From Thalia democratica (lineage: Eukaryota), in assembly GCA_965202585.1 (NCBI GenBank), contig OZ241834.1, forward strand, positions 7,564,001-7,628,000: a stretch of DNA of 64,000 nucleotides. Reading direction: 5' to 3'. Positions 49,785-63,695 of the stretch are shown piece by piece (the first letter of the stretch is position 1; every line of letters begins with the position of its first letter). The position numbers were made by a program, and so were the translations under genes. The notes under the pieces are model-generated. The model made no database searches. It saw only the letters and a list, made by a program, of their open reading frames with translations, and was not told the origin of the DNA.

Positions 49785-51116
49785 CAGGGGTTCCCAACCA
49801 GGGGTGCTCGCACCCCTTGGGGGTGCGAGACAGTATTCCAGGGGGTGCGAGATGGCTTTTCCTTTTGTGTATGATAAATAAGGAGATTTTCAATCTTTGA
49901 TAAAGTTTACAAAATTAAAAAGTACATTTTGTTATAAAAAAAGTTGGCGCTAATTTTCTGAATAAATTAATTTTATTTAAAAAAAGTTAAATCTCTGGTG
50001 TCGACGAGTTGAAAGAGGCAATTTATCAAACTTTACATTACTCGAAGAAGTGACTGATGAAGATGAGTGTTTAGTACCAAGTGTGCGTGCAGAAATTATG
50101 AACCATTTGAAAATACTATCCAAGTCATTTGACGGATATTTTAAAAAAGGAGAACTGGGAATTTCTGAAGAATGGATGATAAATCCATATTCTTTTAATT
50201 TGAATCACATGTCCAATGATGAATCGTTAAAAGATAAAACTTATTGAATTATGCATGAACCGTTTTCTCAAAATGCAATTTAAAAGCAAAACTTTGAACA
50301 ATACTAGTGTTGTTCAATGAATATGTTTCCAAAATTAGGTGAAAAAGCACTAAGTACTCTCATTCCATTCGCAACGACTTACTTGTTAAGTCTAAATTTA
50401 TAATCTTTTTTCAACAAAAACTAAACCAAAAAACCGCTTGAATGCACAGGCAAACATACAAATTGCCATCAGCAACACAATACCACGTTTTCAGAAAGTT
50501 TTGTGCAATAAATACAAACAAAAAAGTCATTAACTTTAGAGTAGATTTAAAATTAAGTTCTTAATCTTTTCAAAATAATATTGCATGAATGAAATTTTAA
50601 TAACTTGTTAAATACCTTGTGAGTATAGCGACCTGCCATTTAGGATTTTTTTATTAAATGTATAAGATTAGTTTAGTTTTTTGTTAATGTTAATTGAAAA
50701 AAAAAAAGTTTTTTTAGAAAGATAGATTTGTTTTTTTTTTCGTTTAATTGAAAAGTAATTTTTTTTAGTTAGTTTAAAAATGAGCAAGTACAATTACAAG
50801 TGATGAGCTCTAAACTCACTTGCTTAGCTTCAGAAAACGTTTATCGTTGCAGAGGGAAGAGTGAGTTCTAGAGATGTTTTCTACCTTATAAAAAATAGAT
50901 AAAACTTGTTCGAATATAGTTTGTTATGTTTTTAAATTTTATTTCTGTTAATATAGTACACTATGATAAATATTAAAAAAAAAATTATTAATTAATGAAC
51001 AAAATGATTTTATAATCAAATTATTAATAGATAATTATAGCATATAGTGTTAGGGGTGCGAGATCAAATTAAGAGACTTTAGGGGTGCGGGGCATCAAAA
51101 AGGTTGGGAACCACTG
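49785..51116 (+). mobile_element. hAT Charlie/Buster-type element, internally deleted
   Basis: TIR CAGGGGTTCCCAACC...GGTTGGGAACCACTG, perfect 8-bp TSD ctttagat, and a transposase C-terminal remnant (IMNHLKILSKSFDGYF..WMINPY, FPKLGEKALSTLIPFATTYL). Confidence 0.92.
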
Positions 51117-51369
51117 CTTTAGATACTTTATAAATGTTATAATATAATCACAAATAATAACAAAAGAATATTCTTTAGCTAAACAAATGTAACTGTTATT
51201 TTTAACTTGGCTGTGGTAGCTTATAAATAACCTGAACATAGATTAAACTTCAACAAATAGCCAATCAAACTATAAATAATAAGTTAAGGGAAAAATTTTT
51301 CATTCAACACAATTTTAACTAAAAAAAAAAATTAGGGGTGTTTTTTTGTTAAATTTTTACTGATTTTAA

Positions 51370-51720
51370 CAGGGTTGCCCTTTTTACTTGGAATTTGACA
51401 ATTTAGGCAAAAAAACCTTGAAAAATACTATAAATTTTAAACAGAAATCACAGAAAAACTTGGAATTTTTAATAATTTTAACATGTTTGGTAGAATTTTG
51501 ATATAGCACAAAATGTCTATCATATCGATAATTTTTTTTTTGTCATCAAAGAAAAATTTTTCTATTATAAAACTCATATAAGTACTTAAGTAGTCTCCTT
51601 TCAATGTTTTTTACTATTTAACACAGTTTCTTACCTTAAACTTAAGTTTAATCTAAAAATAGACCTTTAAAAACCTGAAAGAAATTTTGAAAATTTACCA
51701 TAAGTCACTGTTTTAAAAAT
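51370..51720. mobile_element. Partial inverted copy of the 12694-13152 hAT-like element
   Basis: Starts CAGGGTTGC and matches the reverse complement of ~12900-13150 (ttgacaatttaggcaaaa, gaaaaacttggaa); the far boundary is approximate. Confidence 0.55.
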
Positions 51721-51817
51721 ATTTTGAAGGCTTTGTATAAAAAAACGTCAAGATTAATTGACTACATTTAATCATCATTAATTCTATAGCGAATTTCTAC
51801 AGGCTATAAATTAAATA

Positions 51818-52627
51818 CAGTAGACTACCGCTTAAGTACGCAAATTGAACGCGACCAAAAAGTGTGTACTCAGCACGGGTAGTGCGTACTTTTTGACAAC
51901 ATAGTACAATATGAATTTTAGTTGTTTGTTTTCTTTCTCACAACTAGCCACCAAATAATTAAGCCAAATAAACAAGTCTTTTTATTTTAAGTAACAGTTA
52001 ACACCTAATTCTAATCTACAAAATTTTTTAATAGATTTTAAAATGATTTATTTTTTCTATAAAAAGTTTCTAAATAATTAATAATACATTTATTATAATT
52101 TTTTTATTAGCTAAAAAGTGTTTGGTTTTTTTTATTTGAGAGAAAAACGTTTCAGGACCGTTTTTTGTAAGAAAATTTATACCAGTAGAAACATTTATAG
52201 TATAAGTGCACAATGATAAGATGCTCATTAACTTTTTTTAACTTTAATTTTTTGTTGTTGTTTCTTTTTATATGTTTATTTTGACTTTATAAATTTTGTA
52301 ACTAGTTTTTGTGGTTAACTAGTTTTATATTATGTCACATTGAAATAAGCCTTTCTTTTGCAGATATTCTGAAACTTTTTGAATAAAAGTTAAAACTAGA
52401 AAAATGGATGGAAAGCGTCAGAAATGACTCTATGGAACAAGTCTAAGGATAAAGGTAAAGTTGCACCGCCAAAGCCAACATATGTCTCCCGTGATAATAT
52501 GAGGGAACTTCTTAAGATTTTCAATGCTGAAATGAGAATCCAATCTCGATTTTGTCTTTCTTGATAAGTGCGTACTTAAGGCGGGGTGCGTACCAAAAAA
52601 AGTGCGTACTTAAGCGGTAGTCTATTG
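51818..52627. mobile_element. Non-autonomous Tc1/mariner-pogo (Tigger-like) element
   Basis: TIR CAGTAGACTACCGCTTAAGTACGCA...TGCGTACTTAAGCGGTAGTCTATTG flanked by TA. Confidence 0.8.
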
Positions 52628-54389
52628 TACTGATTGCTAGATACGAACAGTCTCATCTAATGTAGTTTTTAATTTCAATAAAAAGCTCTTTTCTGCCTAT
52701 ACATGTTGCATTGTCTGTCAATATTGTTTACAAAACAGTTTTTTAAGGTTGAGAAATTCATTTGAAAATTAACATTTCGACGACCTGAAAATAAGCTGGT
52801 CAGGTTACTTAGAAACGTTTTACAACAAAAAATTAAAATGTAACACAGTGATTATACAACCAGCAATTTTGTGTACTAAACTTAAACTTATAAGTACATT
52901 TTAAATTGTTTTGCAGCTTCTAGCTTCATGCCTAATGCAATTGGTGCTATTGCCATAAGTTTTTTTGTTAAGTCTAGACAATATTGAAGTTCGAAAATAA
53001 ATACAAGTTAAAAATTTTAATGTGGAAAACAAAACGTATAATAAATTATAGTTCTCTGTTTTCATTTAACACTCAAATAAATTTAGAACAGTAATGACCA
53101 TTTAAAATTTATTGATAATAAGTAGAAAACCAACCTTTTTTATTCACAACTGTATGCAGGCATCAACAAGCTGTAGAAGATTTAGTGAGTAGTTACAGCA
53201 AAAAACAATCTAAAAATCTTTTTGGAGCAGACTTCAAGAGTTATGTTCTATGTTGACAAATCATTCTTATTTTAAGGTTGAGGCAACGCAAACAGCTGAT
53301 TCTTGTCATAAAATTAGACTAGATCAAATGGACTCAAACATTAGGCGACCATCGTTTCCGATTTAAGTTCTGGTAAAAAGAAGGAACTAAAAACAATGAT
53401 TATGCAACTAACAACTAGGTTAAAGACTGGCACTGACGATTTCAGTCCATGTTAGCATATTGTAATCCTGTTTTAATATTTGTGTTAGAGCATTGAAAAG
53501 AGAACGCATGAACATAGATGACTGAGTTATCAGATTTTAAGCAAGATGGTCAGCAGAAATACATAACATGCTTTTACAGTTAGTTAGATGACATAACATA
53601 ACTATTTTTTAAATCATTAATAGCTAGGTTATATCTAAAAATTTCGATCATTCACTAAATAAAACGAAATTATTTAAGTACATTTACATAACGTTTATTT
53701 ATATTCCATTATCTAAGTAGGTCTGTGCAAGTTGTAAATCTATTTTTGTAAGTTTTTTAGATGAAATTGGAAACTAAAATTTTAATAAATTATTAAAAAT
53801 CTATACAAAGTTTGCGCTAGACTTACAGGCGTAGCTTGTAGACAGTAATTTGAAGATTTTTGTATCTAAAAATTACATTTGCATAGGTTTACTTGCATTA
53901 AAATATTTTTGCTTCGAAAGTAACGAAAAAATATAACTAAAAATAGCTTTAATATCTTACATTGAAATTCCACAAAGCAGAAATTTGAAAAATATCAACA
54001 GTTCAGTAAATCTTTTAAGATAATTAAAAAAGTACCATTTAAGCAGATTAATAAGAAGAAAAACGTAAAAACAATGAGTATAGATTGAGGTTATAATAAG
54101 TTAATAAAATTAAAAGTATGCTTTTAGCAAACTATCAAACATAAGTTTTATTTGAGACAAAGTAAACTAAATTTTAATTTAAGAAAAACTTTATGAGACT
54201 TTATTTCAAAACATTAGCTGACCAAAACAATTTAAAATTAAACAAAGTTTTACTGGTCGGGTTAGAAATGATCGCGGGTTAGAAATGATAATTAACTTAT
54301 TCTACTGTCCAGATCTCTTGGAAAAAAGCTTTTGAAATGCTGGAATGGAATTATTTAAGTTGTAAATTTTAAATGGTAAGAAAATGGTA

Positions 54390-54690
54390 GCAATCAATAA
54401 CCGAAAGGTTTTTTTGTGCACCAGGTCCTAGGACCAAATATTTTGAGCGTCTTTTTTTGTCACTAAGTAAACTATAACAAAATGAGTGAGATTTTTATTT
54501 ATAACTCAATAAAATCTTGTTAAATTTTAGTTTTTAGCTAGCTTTTTATACATCATTTAAACGCTTTTTATTTTAGATATTTAATTATATTGTTATTGTT
54601 TCATTGTTTTAATGAATGACAAAAAAAAACGCTAAAAACATTTGGTCTTAGGGTCTGGTGTCTGAAGAACCTTTCGGTTATCGAGTTGCA
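54390..54690. mobile_element. MITE-like element with ~60-bp imperfect TIRs
   Basis: ataaccgaaagg..caccagg.cctaggaccaaat..tt.agcg pairs with cgct..aaacatttggtcttagggtctggtg..cctttcggttat. Confidence 0.6.
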
Positions 54691-55995
54691 CACTATGGAT
54701 ACCTTTTAACGTATCATGTCTAGGACAAAATGTGGCTATTAGTTTTCTTATCTCTATATTTGCATAGTTTATAAAGTGTAAAGTATATGTTTTTTAATTT
54801 AGAACTATTAAAAGATTATAATGCTAGTATTTTTGTTAAAAAAGATCCTAACGAAATAAATTCCTTGGAATAAAACAATGAAAGCACAATTAAGTAAAAG
54901 TGTTCAGCGTACTTAAATATACATTTACACAAATGTGCGAAATATCTCTAAAATGAGATTTTTTTATGGTTTCTAACAAAACGAAAACTAAGTTTGTAAA
55001 TACTGATAATAAATAGTTAAGTCAAAAAAACAACAAGCTAAAACTGATAATGTACAATTTAAGTCTTACAAAAAATTGTTTGATTATGTTAAAAGATTAA
55101 CTGCGATAAATTACTAGTAAATAATAAATGAAAATAATTTAAAACGGTGAGACTGTTAAATGATTGTATCTTTTAGTAATTAACTTTTACATAAGTTATA
55201 TAAATTTTGTTCTATGTAACTCAAACTGTTAGTCATAGTTGTTTGTTACGGAAGTTCGAAACAAAAAAAAAACACACATGCAACAAAATTAAATTAGAAA
55301 ATCTATTTGCTTTTTCATTTTATTGAAAAATCAGAAAAATATTTAACAATTTTTTTATAAGATTTTCTACAGTACTTTGTGTTTTTATTTACTGATTTTT
55401 AGGTTAAAGAAAGAATTCTATTAACAATTGTAGTTTTTTTATAAACTTTCGAAAAAAAAAAGAAAAAGTTTAAAAGGTGTTTTATAGTAAATGATTACTT
55501 GGAAGAAACATTATTTATTCGTATATCTTTAGTAGAACGATTATACCGCAACACAACAAAATATTAAACAATCGATAGACTAACAACTTTAAGAAGTAGT
55601 TTATAGTTTGTATTTTATATTTGCTATTACTAAGATATTATAATAAAATCAAAAACGTACTAAAATTTCAAAGCTTAATGTCAAGACCTAAACCTTGTAA
55701 GCAGATATAAGTTATAAACAATTTTACGTATTATTTAAGTTTAGTAAAAGACATAAATTGTTAAAAGTTGTTTAATAAGGAAAATAATTTTTATTTACCG
55801 TTTTGTTGCATTACTGTTATCGTTTTTGTTTTCAATGTTGTGTATTTTTTTAATGAATAATATTTTTACCACGGCACGAATAGCAAATTTTTTCTGATAG
55901 CAAGCCTATTACTATTTTGTCAGAACGTTATTGTAAGGTTTATACAAATTTTAATTAAAGCTCACTTTAATTAATAAATTTTTTTAATTCAACAG

Positions 55996-58900
55996 ATGTT
56001 AATGTATAAACTTAGGTATAGAATACTTAAACTTTTATCAGTTTCTGTCATATTCGCAACGTGTGAATTAACTAGTAAAGAAGAAAGTTATAGAGGGTTA
56101 AACATATTTTTGCATCTTTTTTATTTGACAAGTTTTTATAAGACTCTTATAAGCTAAGCTTTTAAATACAAAGTTGTAATAAAAACGCTAAATTGCTCTT
56201 GTATAAAATATTGTTAGTATAGTTTTTCAATTAAATTCAAATAAATTTGTTTTCTTTTCGTTTTAAAAGTATTTTCACCATAACAATGTTTTTGCTTTTT
56301 TCGTTTTGCAGATTAAATTAGGTAAGCACTTAACTTAAAATATCGTTTCAACTAATTCTACGCTAAAAGTTTATGGTAATAAAAATTTCCATAGAGTTAC
56401 AATAAACTCAACAAAATAATTTTTTGCAGGTACAAAATTTTTCAAGCTGAAAACTGCACAAGTGACTGTTATGCAAAATTACTGAGCAGTTTTCCTCAGG
56501 TTACTTGTTAAAATTGATAAAATAAAATTATGTTACTATTTAAAGCACAATCATTAAAAATAAAACTGGTATTTCTAGCTATTACAAATACTTATGTTCT
56601 TTTAACAGAATGTGTAGTTATTTTCTGTGTTGTGCAGTATCAACATTTTTATTTCTAACTTAAATTGTTTAAACAAAGTAAGTATTAATATATTTTTCAT
56701 ATTAGTTCTAAGAAAACTTAATAATAAGTACCTGTTTTAATAGTCATTTCATTACTATCTTAAGTTGTTTTTTATAAAAATTATTATTTCAAATATTAAG
56801 TCAAACATAAAAGTATGTCTTCAGGAAATAAAAATAGTACGTTTTGTCAATCACTACAGTTTACAACTTAACAAATACTTGTTTATAAATGATAGAATAA
56901 CTTATACCAATAAACTTTACACAGTTGGACGAACTGTCCATTAATCCACCGACCTTTATGGTAGCTGGACCTGATTACATCAAGGTACAAAACTATTTTG
57001 AAGCAAACAGGTTTGTTGAATGTCTGAACAATATTTTTTCGAAATTGTTTGTTTAGAAATCTTGAAAAAACCAACTCCAAGGTGCATATTTGCAAGTTTT
57101 TTATAAAAAATTTTTTTAGCAGTTGTTCTATGTTCTGAACATAAGAAATAAAAACTTGAAACTTATTTAATATTTCGTTAAAACTGTTTTATGTTAACAA
57201 ATATTGAAGTATTTTCGATAATGTATTTAAAGTATTTTTATATTTAGTAGTTTATGTATCATAGTTGTGTTGATTTTTTGAAATTCGCATTTCTTTTATA
57301 ATTTAATTTTCTTACCGAATTTACCGAAAAAAAATGCTGTCAAAAACTAAACAAAAGTATATTTGTTGTCTTATTGTATGTTTTTGTTTTTATAAAATGT
57401 GTTAAACTAAATCTTATTTTATTTAACCTAAAGTTTTTGAACTTGACTTTGAAACTTCATGTATGCTAATCTTTATGCTTTAGTTAGACTGTGTTTTTGA
57501 GAAGTTGGACAAATTTAAAGTTAATATACATGTGATATGTAATTTTTAAGTTGTTTGTAATTAAACTTTTAAGCTAATCAACTATATATAACATAAACTT
57601 AAGGTATGATTTTAGGCACTTAGATCAAGACTTTTGAATAAGTAAGTTTAATATTACTAAGTTTAACTTAAAAAATTTAACTTAAATATCTTGAATATAT
57701 ACCGTTTACTATTTTAATTTTCAAATAAAGTAATTTACTTCAACGAAATTCATTTTGAATTATAAAACTTTTATACTACTTTATTTTTTACTCCATAAAT
57801 TTTAGAGTCAGTTACATAGAAACCGCCAATAATGTACAAGATCTAATAGATATGGAAAAACGCCAAAGCTTCCTCTCAAGAATGAAGAGAAGAATAGAAA
57901 CAATAATTCGTGGTAACAATCACAACAAAAAAAGTTCTGTAATTAATCAAAAAGAAGGTTTTATGAACTTTAATCAGGTAATATTTTTAATAAGAGTGTC
58001 AAAAACAAATACATAATTAGGAATATTTTAGATTCAAGAATGGATGAATAGTGTAGTGACTGAAAACAGTGAACTTTTGAAGGAGGAGATTTTAGGATAT
58101 TCTTATGAAAATAGAAAAATAAACGCCATTACAGTAAGCTATATTGTTGCAAGCTGTACTCATCCAGATTACATAAAAAAATTCTTGTGCATTATAAACT
58201 GAAAAATCCTGAAATTTAATTAAAATAAATATAATTATAAGAAAGTTAAGACTAAACTTTTATTTTTTTCGTCAGTTGTTTGTTTTTACCTTTATACGAA
58301 AGTAATTAATATAAAGTAGTATTTTATGTGTTAAAATATTGTTAATAAAATTTAATTACTTAAATAAGTATACTTTAATAGCTTTTTAAAAAACTATCTT
58401 CATTATTAACATTGTTCATACAAAGTTTAGATAATAATTTGAGCTATATATCAAAATACGTTTAAACTAGTTTTCATTTGTGTAATTTTTTTAACAAACG
58501 TTTTACTGTTTTGTAAAAAAGTTATTGTTAATACTAGTTATATATTGATATCTAAAATTTATAGTTTTTGTAATGAACACAATTTAAAATTCAAAAAAAA
58601 AAAAACTACTTTCTTAGACTTTTATTTAACTTAAATTAAATGAAGAAAAATCTATAAAAAAATAATTAGTAAACAACCGAGTTGTTTCTAAGGTAAATTT
58701 CAATGAAAAATATAAAAAGCTGTTCATAAATTGCGGGGTGCACTCCAGAGAATGGATTGGTCCTGTGTCGTGCGTCGGAATTATAAAAAAAGTTAAATAT
58801 TTATCAAGCTTTATAAATTAAAACTATAAACAATTTTTAAACTTTTTAACTTTTAGTTAGTGGAAGTTTTCACCACCGGAAACCACCAACTTCGAGAAAA

Positions 58901-61741
58901 GTTTGAAAAAATTTCATTCACCGTTCTTCCAGTGATGAACCCAGATGGATACGTGTTCAGTTGGGAAAAAGTTTTTATTATTTGATTAGTCTTCTTATAC
59001 AAACAAATCCTTATGAGTTGTTCAAACGGTAGTGAAAAAAGTGATATCGCACTACCTTTTTTCTTGGCTTAAAAACTACTAGAACAGAAAAAAACAAATA
59101 AAACAAAAAAATATTTATTCTTATTAGTTGATCATATTATGACAGTTTTAGTTTCTGATTTGGTAGTTTTTAGGACATTATGAAAAAATTACGCAGCTCA
59201 GATTTTCTCATAAATCTTCTTAAAATTAACAACTTTAAAGTGATTAAGTCAAATGTTTTTTAAGTTTTTTTTTAGATTAAAGCTCGAATTTAAACAATAT
59301 TACGTTGCAAACGAAATATAATAAATAGTTTATTTCCGGAATCTAAAATCAAGTTTATGCCAATTAAATTCGAGGAGTACTAGCGCAGTTAGCAGCTTTT
59401 TGTGTTCCAAGCAAAAGCTTTTTTTCACCGTAAAACTATCATTTGTATTAAAATAATTTACAATCAGGACAGGATGTGGAGGGGAACGCGCACCAACAGC
59501 GACACCAGGTGGGGAAAGTGCGTTGGGGCCGACCCTAACAGAAATTTTCCGACAGCGTGGAACACGCGTTTGTTTGCATTGTTTGCTTGTTTAAAACAAA
59601 TAAATTATTAGTTAAAGTTAAAATTACTTAAAAACTAGTTTGTTTGTTTTGTTAATATTATTAAGCTTAACTGGCTGTCTTATACGCATAAATGTGTTTT
59701 TTAATAAGTTGATGAAATTTATTCTGAGTCTTTTTTTTATTGAAGTAGCATAATAATATATTTAGTTTTCTTTTATGACAAAGTACGAATAAAACCTCCA
59801 AACAAAAGTTTGTTAAAAATGGACTGTATAAGATATTATAAAGTTACTAAAATCATAACTAAAAATAAAACATTTTATAAAAAAGATAAACCTGTAATAA
59901 ATAAACTTTCGATCTGTAAAAAAACGCAACTCATTTTTTAGACTTATCTTCTAAAAAAGACAAATGTGATAAATATCTGTACAGAGGCGACACACCACTA
60001 TCGGAAGTTAGTTCTTTTTTAAGCAAATATTTGACACCAATTGACAGTACTAATTAATCCTATTTACAGAACTGCACCAGAGCACTAGTCGACTACATTG
60101 ACAAGCTGGAAAATGTGAAAGGTTTTATAGATTTTCATTCTTACGGAAAGCTTATATTGACACCTCTGTCGTACACCAACAATAAAACAGAACACGAACA
60201 AACTATTGTTAGTTTTTTGTACGTTTCAAATATACATATTTTAATTTTTTAAAGTTAGTTTTTATTATGTATAACATCTTTGTAATTTATTTAAAATTAG
60301 TTTATTAGTATTTATTAGTTTATTATCAATCGTTTTTTTTTTTAGTAAAATTAGCCCAATATCAATTGTTAACTGTTTTTATTTTTTTTTATTTAAAAAA
60401 AGTAAGTTTTGAAACAACTTGGGACTGTTCTCTTTTATTTTTGGAAGATACTTTAAACATTGTACATTGTGTTTCTTACTAACAGAACAAAGCAGCAGAA
60501 AACATGGCAACAATGATAGAACAATGTGATAACCACCATTACAGAGTTGGAAAATCAGGAAAAATTTTATGTTAGTAATAAGTTATAAAAATGTTTTAAA
60601 TCTTACACGATTGCTGTAAGCAATTTTTCATGGTTATTATAATTATTGAAATTTTAAGAATTACAGACCAATAAAACTTATAATTTTTGAGTTTGAATTT
60701 TACTAAAAGTCTAACTACTCAAAGTATAACTATAGTTATATTTCAATTCCATGTAATATACTTATAAAGATTTTTTTAATAGTATTAGTATTTTAAAACA
60801 GAACTCTACTTAAAACTTTTATACTTTGCAGTTTTTTTTTCTACCTTGTTTACAATAATCATTAGAAAAGCTTTTTTTTATAGTTATAGTTCTTTAACTT
60901 TAGAATACATAGTTAAACTTATAAGAAAAGTAAAATTAAAACACTTTGTTTAACATTTAGGAAAACATTATACAGAAAATAATATTAAAATGTTTTATAA
61001 AAAACATTGTTTAAATATTTTAAGTTAAGGTATTTTTTTAGTTTCTGTGGTTTTATTCTATTGTGAATAAAATAGTTAACAGTTTTTGTTGATATTAACA
61101 TTGCTTTTAATTTTTTAAATGTGTAATTTATGCTGACAGATAAAGCTTCTGGGACGGCAGCTGATTATTTTTTTATTGAAAAAAAGATAATTTGCAGTTT
61201 TGTTGTAGAACTGCCAGGAAACAATCATTTTTCTCTGCGTGAAGAGTAAGAAACTTGATTTTGGTTATATAGAATTACTATATTAAAACAACTGAATATT
61301 TTTTAAATGTGTTTATTTTATTTTAATTCTTTTATCAAATATTTGAACATAACAAAAACAGCTTAAATCACAGTATAAAAAATCTTAGACTAAGATCATA
61401 TTAGTAGCTTAAAACACTTTTTAATACTTTATTAGAAAAATAATCTATTAAAGAAATACTTAGAAGTTTTCTAAACTTTTTATTTTGAAAATGTCTAGAA
61501 AATCAAAGGTAGTTTTTGCCTTAAAGGTAACTCAACGAATAATTAAAGTCTAAACATTAACCAAACGATTAAGTGTAAAAAACTAGTTAAGTTTATAACT
61601 TAAAAACATATTCAAAGTAAATACAAAAGAACAACTTAAAAATTTTTTAGGGAAATCCCCAACGCAGTAACTGATGCATGGAGTGCGGTGAAGTCGCTTG
61701 CAATTGATATTAGCGATGGAAGGTGTTCTAAAGCTAATTAA
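55996..61741 (+). CDS. M14A zinc metallocarboxypeptidase (carboxypeptidase A/B-like preproenzyme), complete, 442 aa
   Basis: Hand-spliced exons 55996-56096, 56430-56499, 56925-57010, 57806-57977, 58032-58133, 58693-58791, 58857-58970, 59468-59567, 59942-60006, 60070-60207, 60486-60570, 61140-61245, 61651-61741, all GT-AG and in phase. Signal-like N-terminus, prodomain (NVQDLID), HSRE, NPDGY, DPNRNF, DFHSYG, Y248 and VVEL (E270). Confidence 0.93.
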
Positions 61742-63108
61742 ATTTAGTTGTGTAATTGTTTGCCATACTTTTTCTGTATAAGCATTTTATAAATTTTCTC
61801 ACATTTGGAGTGTAAAAATTATAAATTACTTTGCTTTAAAATACTTTTAAGAAAAATACTTAAAGTGAAGAAACGGCTATAACATACTCTTAATTGACGT
61901 CTTAATTGAAACTTATTCTAGATTAAGTGGATTTGGTTTTTAATGTTAAAATACTTTTTTTTTAATTTAAATTGAGCAATTTAATTTTCGTCAGATGCAA
62001 TTTTTACTTAAAACGTTGAGCACTGCGGTCAGCTTCAAACTAAAACTTTAAGTTTTTGTTAAAGTGAAAAAATATAGTTCTTATGATACTAACATAACCA
62101 GTTTCATAAAGAGAAGTTAAGATTAAAAATTGGTTTTACAAAATAGTTGAAGCTTATTGATCGTAAATAATTTTTTTAATAAGTTTAATAAAAACTAAGT
62201 ATTGTTTCATTAACAAATTATAAAAAATAAAATAAAAAACATTTTAAAAATGATAACTGTTGTAGTGAGAAAAAAAAGTACTTTCTTCTATTAGTTGAAT
62301 AAAAATAGACTGAAGTTCTATAAACGTTTTTAAGCTGTTAACTTCATTAAAACAGGTTAATGAATAAGAAAAAATTTAGCGAAAATAATCAACTAAGTTT
62401 TTATATGGTTTAGTTAAAAATTCGTAAACAACAAAATAAAAAATGAAATATTTTTCTCTTCAATAAGTCATAGTTCAAAATGAAGTGAACTAAAAATACT
62501 TCAAATTCTAAAACAAAAAATTAAACATATATAAACTGTGATATTTATCTTCTAATCTGGCTTTAATATCTTCATTTTTGCTTATCTGCGTTTTAGAGTA
62601 TAACAAATATTCTTCCAAGTTTACAGTAATGTTAATTGTGTGAGTTAGGAACAGCCTAACAAGTATGAGTCAACAAAAAAAAATATCTTTGGCTTCACTA
62701 CGTTAAAACCAATTGTTAATCAGCTTTATAAAAAATTATAAAAATGTTTTTCAATTTTTGTATGAGGTATTTAGATTGAAACTAATTTAACTATAAAAAA
62801 GCGGACAATGATGATGTAAAAAGTGGTTATAAGATTTAGTTTTTTTGAACAGGCCCTTATCTACCTAAAACAATTGAGTTTTTTATTGTTCTTTTTAATA
62901 TTATTTATTTATAAAAAATTTTACTTAATGATAAATCTAACATAAACAAACACGTAATACAACAAAAGCTATTAGTTAAAAATGACTCACTTGGAAACTT
63001 TACTACCTTTCAAACATAACAAATTAAAACTTTTTTTAAACGAACTCAGACAGTTAGACTTCAGTTCAGTCAAAAACTAAAAAAAAAACTCAACAATTGT
63101 CAACATGA

Positions 63109-63227
63109 TCAGTCCTCGTCTGCGCTGCCATCGGAGGAAGATGAGAGGTCGCTTCTCACGCTTCTGATTCTCTCCTCCTCCATCTTTCTCTTCCATTCTC
63201 TCACTGTTATCTTCTTAGGCACGTATA
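63109..63227 (-). CDS. Probable terminal coding exon of an unidentified gene transcribed towards the carboxypeptidase
   Basis: GC-richer island with CAG acceptor at 63228-63230, reading YVPKKITVREWKRKMEEERIRSVRSDLSSSSDGSADED*; no upstream exon found in the window. Confidence 0.5.
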
Positions 63228-63484
63228 CTGTTCACGTATTGTTCAAAAACATAAATAATTTATAGTAGTAAGCTGTCTCACTTATTTATAGATGTTCATA
63301 ATTTAAATTGAGTGTATTGCTATATACAGGTCATAAAAAGGAAGTTCTTTTCGTTTACTCAAAAAGTATTGTGCCAATGATTTAATAGTATATACATATA
63401 TAGAAAATGATGCGGTTAAGTGAACTTCACACTTTCCACTAAGCTCACTTGAAGGGTAATTAGTTTAGAAAAATCAATAAAAAA

Positions 63485-63695
63485 AAACAAAACCTATGTT
63501 TCATAAAGACAAATTTTCTTTAATCTTCAGCTGGTTCAATTTAAAATAAACAGCACTTTTCAAACAAAGATACACGTCATAGTACCTTTTTTTTAATGAT
63601 TTTTGCATTTTTGTTTCGCAAAGTGCTATTTATCTAAAATTGAGCCAGCTGAAGATTAAAGACAATTTGTTTTTATGAAACATATGTTCTGGTTT
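63485..63695. repeat. Imperfect inverted repeat (MITE/fold-back-like)
   Basis: Arms ~63485-63569 and ~63610-63695, about 85% complementary by eye (tttaatcttcagctgg / ccagctgaagattaaa). Confidence 0.75.

Noticed and set aside
53150-53460. Short open frames in GC-richer DNA
   Set aside because: No recognisable motif or splice structure; probably an old TE fragment.
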